NCBI GenBank assembly: GCA_013239625.1
Contig: MU053629.1
Span: 4,057,567 to 4,121,566 of the forward strand
From: Lama guanicoe
Lineage: Eukaryota
Length of the DNA stretch: 64,000 nucleotides
Direction of reading: 5' to 3'
In this document: positions 24,976 to 34,832 of the stretch, piece by piece
How positions within the stretch are numbered: the stretch's first letter is position 1
How the letters are laid out: every line of letters begins with the position of its first letter
Program-made: the position numbers and the translations under genes
Notes under the pieces: generated by a model
The model's database searches: none
What the model was told of the DNA's origin: nothing
Seen by the model: only the letters and a program-made list of their open reading frames with translations

Positions 24976-25227
24976 AAACCAGTCAGTATTGCCTTGATCT
25001 GGACAGTACTGGTTTGATCTAGTTAGATTTAGCCAGCATCTACTTTGAAAGGTCTACACTGGTGTGATCTGACCAGATCACGTTAGAACCAGTCTTCATC
25101 CTGATCCGGTCAGAGCTGGAATTAGCTGGAACCTGCTTGGACTGGTTAGAAGTGATCTGAACCTGTTGTGACTGGTTTGAAGCAGCCAAAACCTGTCTGG
25201 CATGGTCACAACCCCTGGCTCTGGTTT
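24976..25227. promoter_or_regulatory. Degenerate 10-bp-periodic array of CP2/GRHL-like motifs
   Basis: AAACCAGT 24976, ACTGGTTT 25008 and 25171, GAACCAGT 25086, ACTGGTTA 25141, AACCTGTT 25160, AAACCTGT 25189, TCTGGTTT 25220. Confidence 0.5.
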
Positions 25228-26137
25228 TACCACAGCAAGAGCAGCTTCAAGTATATATGAGAAGTTGGGTGCCGCAGGATGAGAGGTGGGGGACGTGGAG
25301 TGAGCAGGTGGAGGGGGTGAGAGCCAGGCCTGGCCCGGCCTGGGAGGACCTCAGGGCTGGAGAGCAGGTGATGTCATAGCCACATTCATACCACACGTAA
25401 CCCTCCAGAGTCCCGCAAGGACCACATGCCTGTAAATCAATTAGCCTCTGTCCAGTGATTAATGGGAGGGAAGCTTTCATCACTCGTTTTGGGTAAATTA
25501 TTGCATATGGAAGCACATCCTTGATTTTATGAGCTCTTGCTGGAGCATGAAATTTCTTGGAGGTTCCCTGAGGAACGTGGAGCCCCTGCACGGCCCTCCC
25601 ATCCCCCCTCCCGTGCTCACATCCAGCTAGCTCCCTGCTTCCTCCTCCCCCACCCTGCCCTCCTTCACATCTTTTCAGGCCCAAGGGCTCATCAGAGCCC
25701 AGGAGTAAGGAGGACTGGGGGAGGCGATGTTCACCAGACCAAAGCCAGTTGTGCTTTGTCGACAACAAATGTGATGGAGAAGGGAGAGGTGGCGGAGCAT
25801 GGAGACCGACTTGTCGCCGTCCAGAACCAGATATGATGCACACAGTGCAGGCCAACCTGAGGACAGGGAGCTGGGAGCCACAAGGGGCCAGCCACGTGAG
25901 CTGTGTCTGGAGAAGCCCACCATGCCATGGATGACTCCAGATGTGAGTCCTGAGTAGAAGCCCAGATGGTTAGGAGTCTAGGGGGATCCTTCAGAATGCA
26001 CATGGGATACACCTTCATTTTCCCTGAGGGGGAAGGACCTGATTCAGGCCACACAACCAGGACCAGAAGCTGTTGACTGCCTCCCTCAGTGTGTGGTGTC
26101 TGTCTTCAGACCCTGGGAGACTGGGGGCTCAGATCAC

Positions 26138-26400
26138 CATAGTGTTTAATGGCACAGGTCCTGTAGGGTTTGGAGCCTGGCAGACCTGGCTCTGAGTCTG
26201 TGACCCTCGCTTGACTAGCTGAGTGACCTTGGGCGAGAGTCTTCACCTCTCTGGGCCTCAGTTTACTTGTCCACAAAATGGGGATCATATACTAGACGTC
26301 AACTCAGAGGATTGTTGGGAAGTTTAAATGAACTAATGTGCAAAGTTTATGACATGATGCCTAGCCGTTCACCTAATGGTTACTCAGCAACACTAATTGT
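26138..26400 (+). mobile_element. Near full-length MIR SINE
   Basis: 'actagctgagtgaccttgggcgag...cctctctgggcctcagttt...aaaatgggga'. Confidence 0.85.
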
Positions 26401-26654
26401 TAGCATTTGCAGTAATGATGGTTATTACTTTCACGGAGCCCTTGCTCTCGGTCACAGAGACGCTCGAGGACCCTGAAGACCTGGCTTAGAGAACCTGCCC
26501 AGCACTGTCTCACTGGATGTGCGGCCCCAGTTTGCCCATCTGTAAAGTCAGGTAAGTCCTTCCGCTCTGCCTGCGCCCCCAGGTGGTTGCAGGATTCGAG
26601 AGACGCGTAAGTGCTTTGAAAACTAACTATTCTTCTGGCCACAGAGCTCACCGC

Positions 26655-26985
26655 CCACTTCCCCCTCTGGGATGCTGCCAGAGGTGTGGTCAGTGGTCAG
26701 AGGGCTTCCAGTTTGTCACCACCTTCAGCTGGTCTCAGCTGCGGAGACCCACCCTGTGCGAGGTCATGCCCTCCACAGGGGCAGGGTGCAGCCAGGGATG
26801 GAGCAAGCTGGGGGCATAAAGACCAGCCACGTGGGTCCTCATGAGACACTCTGATGGGCATTGAGGTTCACCTCCCCTCTGCTCACCCCTCCTTTATCCC
26901 TTTTCCTCTCACATGTGTTGGCATCTTATAACATCTTAACCCCAAACTTCACCTCCGACTGCTTTTGGGGAACCTGACCTCAAAA
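26655..26985 (+). mobile_element. ERVL solo LTR (LTR16-like)
   Basis: 'gaggtcatgccctcc...ggggcataaagaccagcc...gacactctgatgg...ggggaacctgacct'. Confidence 0.65.
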
Positions 26986-28871
26986 GCTGTGTGATGGAAA
27001 GGCTTATCTTGCTAACACAATTATCCTGATCACACAGAGAGAGCAACCCCAGGGCCTGAACCACTCATCCCTGAAAAACAGGCCCTTTAAGACCTGGCTC
27101 CGATTCCTGTAGAGCTGGCCATACAGGGACGGAGGCTTCCCTGGTAAGTATTGTTAGAGTTACAGGAAAGACAAAATGCGGGAGGAAGGTAAGAGGGGCA
27201 CATGCCCTAACTCACACAACTTTTTAGCTGGTCCCTGAGGGACCCTCAGCTGGGAGTATTTTATGCACAACATTGACCTGATGCTTGGGGGTCCACGAAG
27301 GCACTGGGCAAAGCACTCGCCCCTGCTGGTGGCAGTGGGGTTTTCCCAATTCGCAGCGAAGTGAGAAAAGTAGGACAATGCAGTGAATTTAGGGAGGTGA
27401 TTATGCTGATCATAATCTTTTGCTATTAACATGACTGTATGATGTTAGTAATTTAGAGTGTGGGGTTGTTTAAAAAATATCTTTCCTTGGCGAAAGGATA
27501 AACAGAAGGAGCTCTACACTCTGAAAATCTAGGTCTGGGGCCCCCCAGCAGGCCCCAAATCAGGCCGAGTTGCAGGGGAGGATCAGCTGACTTTTGCCCT
27601 CGGCCGAGCAGGCAGGCTGGGCACCGTGGGCCCTGGCCCCGTCTGGGACAGCTGGTAGCTTGGTGATAGTCCTTCTTAGGGCCTTGGCCCCTCTGTGGAT
27701 TGAGCTGTAGCTGGGGGTGACTGCAGGTCCCATACTGACCCTAAGGTGCCCATAGAGAGAGTCTCAGAGAATTAAGGAGGAGGGGCTGGTAAGGACAAGC
27801 CAGCCTTAGGCACCTGCCCCTCGGCCCCCTCGCTCAGGACCCCCCAGAGGGGTGAGGAGGGCCAGGGGGGGTCACAGTGCCCCTCAGATGAGCTGTCAGC
27901 CCCGACTTCATCACTCCTGGACTAATTGTCACCCCACCCGCCTGCCAGGTGCCTGCCTGTGTGTCTCCCCGGCTCTGGGGCCGCTGCTAAAGACATGTCG
28001 CAGCGGCTTTACGAAGCGTGGCTCGGAACAATTTTACACCTCATTTGATTTATGTTCCGGGATTCACTCCTCTCTGAGGCTCCCCTCTTCTGGAGAGAAG
28101 CGTGTGTCGTCCCCCGGGCTCTCCTGCACTCCCCCAGAGCCAGTCCCTGGGCCAGGAGGGGCCAGCCTCGGACAGACCCCAGGTCCTGACCCGCCCTTCC
28201 TCCCCGGCCTTTCTCCAGGTGTCCCCGAGCCAGGACATCCGTGACTGAGACCCTCACAGCTGGACTCAGTAATGACTGAGGGAATCCTTGGGGACTGGCC
28301 AGCAGCTCCCCATCTCCCCACTGTTGGAAAGAGCCCCTAGGGTCCTCAAGACCCTCCTGAAAATCCTGTTGCCAGTCTGTGGCAGACACCTGCCTCCGTC
28401 TCAGCAGGGAAGTGGGGGGCTGTGTGGGGAGTCACCAGGTCACCTGTGAGCCAGCCTTCCTGGCAGTAGGACCCACTGGATTGGACTTCTTGTCCAGGAG
28501 GTGACATTGATCTAAGCTGAGAAATGGACAAGCCAAAATTTGGTCCACCTCCCTTATTGCAGCAGGGAGGGAAGGCAGGCTCAGAGAGGGAGAGCGATTC
28601 CCTGCCAGGCACACAGCCAGCAGGATACAGAGTCAGGCTAGGACCCTGGCTTCACAACTCCAGGATTTCATCACCTTCGCCCTACCAGGCAAGACCATTT
28701 CTACAACCGCATCCTCTCATTCATTCCGTTGTGAAGGAATGCCTCCCGGGAGCCAGGCTTTCTGTCAGGCTAGGAAGAAATGTGGTTGGACCAGACAGAG
28801 AAGCATCCAGATTGTCGCAAGCCAGTGTGGTGAGGCTGTGAAGGCAATGTCTTGGCCCCAGCAATAGACCT

Positions 28872-29668
28872 TGTGTTTGGAGAATTCCTGGAACTGAGTT
28901 CCCAAAACCCCTGTCATTGCCTGAGTTATAGAAGCATCTTTTATAGCATTTAGTCTTGGTCCCTGGTTCCTAACGGGAGAGCTTTAAGACCTTGGAATGT
29001 CCTGAGTAATGAGTGTCTTTTGTATGCTAGTAAGATGACTGGTGGCTGAGGGCTGGTTACCCCCATGATTGGAGGGCAGGAACTTCTAGCCCCACCCCAC
29101 CCTCATCCTCTGGGGTTGGGAGAGGCACTGGACAGTGACTACATGGTAAAGCTCCCATAAAATTCCTTACAGTTTGAGTTCAGAGAGCTTCCAGTTGGTA
29201 AACACATGCATGTGCTGGGATGTCCACATGGGAGGGACAAAAGCACCTGCTCTTGGGACCCTTCTGGACCTCATCCTATATACCTCTTCAACTGGTTCTT
29301 TCTTTAAAACGCCGCCAAAAATTAAGTGTAGATCTAAGTGTCTCCCTAAATTCTGTGAGCTGTTACAGCAAATCATTGAACCTAAGGAGAGGGTCATGGG
29401 AGCCCTCGATTCGCAGCCAAGTCAGACAGACGTGTGGGCCACGTGGACACCCGCTACTTGTGCTTGCCCTCGGAATTAGGGGCGGCCTCGTGGGACTGAG
29501 CCCCTAACCTGTGGGGCCTGCGTTAATTCTGGATAGTTAGTGTCAGATTTGAATTAAACCGTAGTACACCCAGTTGGTGTCTGCAGAAAATTGGAGAACT
29601 TCTTGGTGTGGAAAATCCGCCCACGTGGTGTCAGAAGTGTTGTAAGCAGAGAAACAGATTTTCTTTCA
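28872..29668 (+). mobile_element. MER21-like ERVL LTR
   Basis: 'agagagcttccagttggtaaacac', 'ttctgtgagctg...caaatcattgaacc', 'gggactgagcccctaacctgtgggg', 'tggtgtcagaagtg'. Confidence 0.8.
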
Positions 29669-30740
29669 CTGACTGCCCTTGTTTTTGGGGACCCTGACAA
29701 TTTTGAGGAGTGCTGGTCAGGCACATTGCAGGACGCCCCTCTGCTGGAACTTGTCTGCTGTTTTTCTCACGATGAGACTTGGGTGATGGGTTTAGGGGAG
29801 GAAGATCCCGGAGGCAAAGCGCTATTTTCTTCACTCCATGTGAAAGGTACGCACCGTCAACAGGATTTACCGTTGTTGGTGTTGGCCTGGCCGAAGTCGT
29901 GTTCGTTAGGTTTCTCCATCATCCCTGCAGCTCCTTCCACACTGTCCTCTTTGGAAGCAAGTCACTATGCAAAGTCCACGCTTAAGAACTGTGCCTCCTT
30001 CTTTAGACTGGAGGATCTACAAGATTCATTTTATTTTTTATCTTTTAAATTTTATTGAGTTACAGTCATTTTACGATGTTGTGTCAAATTCCAGTGTAGA
30101 GCACAATTTTTCAGTTATACGTGCACACACATATATTCATTGTCGCATACTTTCTCACCATGTACTACAAGATCTACAAGATTCACTTGGAAAAAAGAAT
30201 TTCCAGACACCCTACCATTTTACTCATAAATCCTTCAGTATGTATCTCTGACGGATATGGACTTAAAAGCCATGCATATGGCTACATTACTATTATGCCA
30301 ACCTGCACCACCACTGGTGATTCTCTGATATCATTTAGACCTAGACCATATTCAGTTTTCCCTAATTGTCTGGGGGAAAAAATGGTATGGTTGGTTTGTT
30401 CAAATCAGGATCCAAACCATACTCGCCCATTGCATTTGGCAGACATGCTCTTAAATGTCTTTCCATCTATAAAAACTTTCCCCTCCCTTTTTTGGTTTTG
30501 TGACCCTTATTTCCTGAAGAGTTAGGGTCAGTACTTCTAGAGACTTTTCTATACCTTGGTCTTGGCTGATTGTGGTCTCATAATTTTGTTTAACATGTGC
30601 CCTGGCCTCTGCGTTTCCTGGAAACTGGTAGTTATGTTAGAAGCTTGATCAGATTTCATCAGAAGTGATGAATCAAATCAGGACACATAAATGTCCAGAT
30701 GTCCCTCTTTTCATGGAGCTGAGATTAGTCAAGGGTTGAC
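29669..30740 (-). mobile_element. L1MC-like fragment(s), interrupted by a younger L1 3' end
   Basis: 'ttttgaggagtgctggtcagg...tttctcacgatgagacttggg' and 'tcaaatcaggatccaaac...cattgcatttgg'. Confidence 0.65.
30029..30170 (-). mobile_element. Short 5'-truncated younger L1 with perfect 15-bp TSD
   Basis: T-rich tail plus L1 3'UTR text; GATCTACAAGATTCA at 30014-30028 and 30171-30185. Confidence 0.85.
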
Positions 30741-30959
30741 ATGTTGTCCGCGTTTCCCCTCTTGGGCTTAGCACCTGCAGCTGATGGGTGCCTAGACCTG
30801 CGGCCTCTTAATAAAACCTTTTCCTCCTTAAAGAAGGAAGTCAGTTTCTATTGCTTGCAACTAAGAACTCTGATGGATAAATCCAGGGTGCCCAGTCTGG
30901 TGCTGTTTTAACTCCGCCTGGAAAAATGCTTAATTCAGTGCCTACCCCTGATGTGGACA

Positions 30960-31200
30960 TAGCATGGAAACTGAGAGAGGACTCTAGAGCCAGAAATGCC
31001 TCAGTTGAGGTCCCACCTCTTCCACTGACCAGCTGTATGCTCTGGGCAGCTTTCCTCAGTTTCTTCATCTGTAAAATGGGGATGCTACTGTTCATAGCAA
31101 CGCCTAACTCTTAAGGTTAGAATTATAATGAAAGTATTTAATACATGCAAAGCCCTTAGAACAGTACCTAGTACACAGTAAGCATTCACTCAGTTGTTAA
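30960..31200 (+). mobile_element. MIR SINE
   Basis: 'cctcagtttcttcatctgtaaaatgggga...cttagaacagtacctagtacacagtaagc'. Confidence 0.85.
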
Positions 31201-31989
31201 GTGATGTGACAAAACTACTCATATTTTAAAATTTTATCTTATTTCCTAGTTCTTTCTCTTCCTACCCCACATCTTCCCCTTAGATAATTTCACCCATTCC
31301 CATGACTTTGGCTGTCATCTTCCCTAACACCTCAATGTCAGGAATGAACTTGACTGAAAGATATACACCATTGATATGATAGCTTTGTTCTGTTTTGTTC
31401 GGGGGTGGGGGGCGAACCTACAGTAAATGGAGACAGCGACTGTAAGACGTACCTCAATTTCAGAATTGTTAACGTGGGCGGGATTTGTGCTTAGAACTGA
31501 GACATTTGAAATGCTCTGAGAACTTCCTAAGTCACACTGACCACAGCAACCCTCTCCCGTGAGGTTGATGAAGTCTTGGTTGTGACCCCTCCTGCCGATA
31601 ACCTTGATTTGCATACATTTTCTGTGTCCTAGGGTTAAAAATATGTGAGGAGGGGGACGTGCACTTTTTGCTGAGCGCTCTGGGTGTTGGGGACTGGACA
31701 CTACCAGGACAGGGAGGTAAATTTGTCCCTGCCACCCTTGGGGAACGCCCGCTGGTGGGGAAAGGGCACGTTCTTAGGTAAAATGGGTCAGTAGATATGC
31801 TCTCTGCCTCAGGACTATGAAGATGAAGCTGAGACAGCAGCCCAAGGTATGGATCATTGCGTGGCTGTTCCTAGGTACAGATCTGGCAGACTGGGGCATT
31901 TTATATTATTCTATTCTATTCTAATTGCCATTAAGGATTCGTTAGGAATCCACTGTGCGGGCATGTGGAGAGAGGCGATGGGTGAGGGA

Positions 31990-32855
31990 CATAAAAGTGG
32001 TGCTGAAGTGACTGGTGGCGGCTCTCCAGCGCTAGGAATTCCCTGAGGGAAAGTGGTGAAGAGAAATCGTCCCAGTGGGCAGAGCTTTGAGCAGGACGCC
32101 TGAACATTTATCTTGCCTGGAAGGAAATACATATGGCTGGAGATTTGGATCTTTGTTCGTTCGTGGACCTGGCTAATGGCTTGGTCAGGGATTTGATGGC
32201 AAAGAGGTCTGAGAGAGAGGTCTTTGGATGGGCCCCTCCAAGTGGGCTCAGAGGCAACGATATTTGCATGTCAAGTGAATGCTCATCAAAGAGCAATCTC
32301 AGTACAGAATGAGCTTAATAATCAGGTGGACCAGATGCCCCATTCTGGGTATGTCAGTGGGCTCATAAACAAAGCAGCCATGATGGCATGGGTGGGGACT
32401 TGCATGGGCCCGACTACATGAGCTTTCACTCACTAAGACCAGTCTGGTTACAGTCACTTCGGAATACCCAGCCTACCTCACAGCAGAGACCAACACAGGG
32501 CTCCCAATGCAGCACGGCTGTTTGGAGAGACCAGCCAAACACCCGATGGTAGGTCAGTTACATTGGGTTGCTTCCGTTTTGGAAACACATTTTTTTTTCT
32601 CTTCCACTGGAGAAGATGGTTATTCTGGATATGGGTTTGTCTTCCCTGTTTCTGCCTATATCACCATTCACAGACTTAACAGAATATCTTATTACTGTCA
32701 TAGTATTTCACACAGCATTGCTTCTGACCAGGGAACTCATTTCACAGCTAATGAAGTGCATCCACGGGCTTGTAGTCATAGAAGTAGCTGGTGTTACACG
32801 TTCCCCGTCATTCTAAAGCGTCAACCTAACAGGACAAGAGAAGTGCTGTTTGGAG
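31990..32855 (+). mobile_element. Degenerate ERVL internal pol fragment (RNase H to integrase core)
   Basis: Translatable remnants SGEEKSSQWAEL (RNase H), YSGYGFVFP and HSIASDQGTHFTANEV (integrase core), broken by frameshifts. Confidence 0.85.
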
Positions 32856-33189
32856 ATCTGGGCTTGGGGTCAGACCAACCTGGCGATGCATTCTCCCTCT
32901 GACACGTACAGTTGTGTAGACTGGGTAAGCTACGTGTCTGTTTCCAAATGGAGTGGAGTGAACACTAAAAATACAGTAGCTATGATCATCACTCCTTTTT
33001 TCCTTAAATTCCCTAAATTACTCAGCATTAACACAATTAGCTCAAGCAACTGGAGGGTACAAGCTTTTCGTCTTCTTTTCGCTCCTGTCTATGTGTATAA
33101 GATTTTCTTTTCCATTCCATTCAGCCTTTCTGCTCTTCTTTCCACTGTTCTGGCCATTCTCAGGTTAAATAATTATAGGTGCTCCCAAA

Positions 33190-33770
33190 AGATGTAGCTG
33201 TGTGGCTGTTCATTATAGCGTTGTTTATAGTAGTAAAAAAAAATTGGAAACTACCTAGATACTCACTAATTGAGAATTGTTTAAAAATTACTATGTATCA
33301 ATTTGGAGGAGGGTGTAGCTCAAGTGGTAGCATGCATGAGGTCCTGGGTTCAATCCCCAGTATCTCCTCTAAGAATAAATAAATAAACCTAATTACCTCC
33401 CCCCACCAAAAAAATAAAAAGGAAGTAAGGAAACAAACAAAATTGCTATGTATCGGTTGAATGAAATACTCTGTAGCTATTAATGTTTTAGAGGAGCATT
33501 TATTAAATAGATAGTCATGATACACTAGTAAGTAAAAAAAGGCAAGTTATAAACTAGTAATATGCTGTATAATTTCATTTTAGTGTTGTTTAAAAGCTCT
33601 ATATCTTGCATTAAAATAATGCTTGAATTATATAAAATATACTGGGCAGAGTGATTATTAAGTCTGGGAGATGGGAAATTGGGTGATTTTCATTTTCTCC
33701 TTTTGCTTGTTCATAGTTCCTAAATTTGTTTTAATATCTGTGTATTGTATTTGTAGTGTAAAAAAGTATC
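33190..33770 (+). mobile_element. L1ME-like fragment (duplicated at 35273-35853), host of a SINE
   Basis: 'tgttcattatagcgttgtttatagtag...ttggaaactacct...tgaaatactctgtagctatt'. Confidence 0.7.
33305..33438 (+). mobile_element. tRNA-derived SINE (camelid Vic-1-like)
   Basis: A box gtagctcaagtggtag, B box gggttcaatccc, body aacctaattacctcccc, A-rich tail, TSD aaaatt(a/g)ctatgtatc. Confidence 0.85.
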
Positions 33771-34832
33771 ACCCCCCCAAAAATGTTTTTAATGTAGAGA
33801 GGCTGAGGGCCGGGCCAGGTGGGCTCTGCCCGCCCCATCCCGGGCTGTCTTCTCCTGCATCTGGGAGGGTACCAGCTGGCCGGAAGGAGATTTCAGCCAC
33901 ATAATTTCTGTAACCTCCAGGGCACGGCCCTTCCTTGGCATGACTCCATCCTTGTCCTGGCAGCCCCTGGCTTTCCTGTAATGGCAGGGAGAGAATTCCC
34001 CTAACCCGGTCCACCAAGAGGATGGGAGAATGTCACAAGAGTCGCCTCCGGGACCAAGACCAAATTCGCCATATTCAGGACATCAGACAGGAATGTGGCT
34101 GCCTGGGAGAAATGGGCCTGAACCCAGCACCTGGGCTGCGTGTATTGGCTGAGGTTCACAAAGACGCTGGACTTCAGTCTGGCAGATTGAAAATATTTTT
34201 CAGTGGAGTCCCAGTATTTGACTGGAGAAATAATATTCCTTCTCTGGATGTCAAACATCCGGATAAATAGAAGCCTTTTTTTCCCGCCTGCACTCTTCCC
34301 TGAGTGTTACAAAGGATGCTCTGACATAGGGTTTTGGAAGGGACTCGCCTTGCCAGGGTGAAGGCCAGCTTGAGCCACAGGGAGTGCTTATTTTTAAAGG
34401 AGTGGGAAACGTGTGGCCCATCACAGGTTTGCTCAAAGGGCCTGGCTTCCTCAGGAGAGAGGGTGTGGGATCGCAGGACCTGCCTTCCTGGCCGTGAAGG
34501 GCTCCGAGAGTGCAGTGGGTGCCCAGGCCCCCTGCCCCGGCAGGAGGCTGCGACAAGGCAGGGCTGGGGAGGGTCCTGGCAGGGAGTGTATTCCACCCAG
34601 AGCTGGGCTGTGGGTGCAGCCAGAGTCAGGGAACAGGGGTAGGAGTCGGGAGTGGAGAGGGAGGTTGAGGGCAGACATTAGATGAAGAACTCCCATTATT
34701 TTCAATGAACTGGAACCCAGGATGCCCAAGCCACAGAAAGCGCATCTCACCCAGCAGCTGGGCAAATCCAGCGGCTTTGGCTAGACGCAGAAATCGAATG
34801 AAGGCATTCCTAGTGAGTCTTCCCTCAAATAT

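Larger units (their letters stand above)
32742..34832 (+). repeat. Tandem duplication, copy 1 (~2.09 kb)
   Basis: Near-identical to 34833-36915; ORF track repeats at offset 2083. Confidence 0.97.

Noticed and set aside
24976..25227. CRISPR-like or coding repeat interpretation of the periodic array
   Set aside because: Mammalian context, no conserved repeat-spacer units and no associated ORF
25247..25855. 202-aa minus-strand ORF
   Set aside because: No recognisable homology; expected by chance in GC-rich sequence
34022..34270. 82-aa ORF with strong Kozak context, present in both duplicate copies
   Set aside because: Identity between copies reflects recent duplication rather than selection; no homology, promoter or splice support
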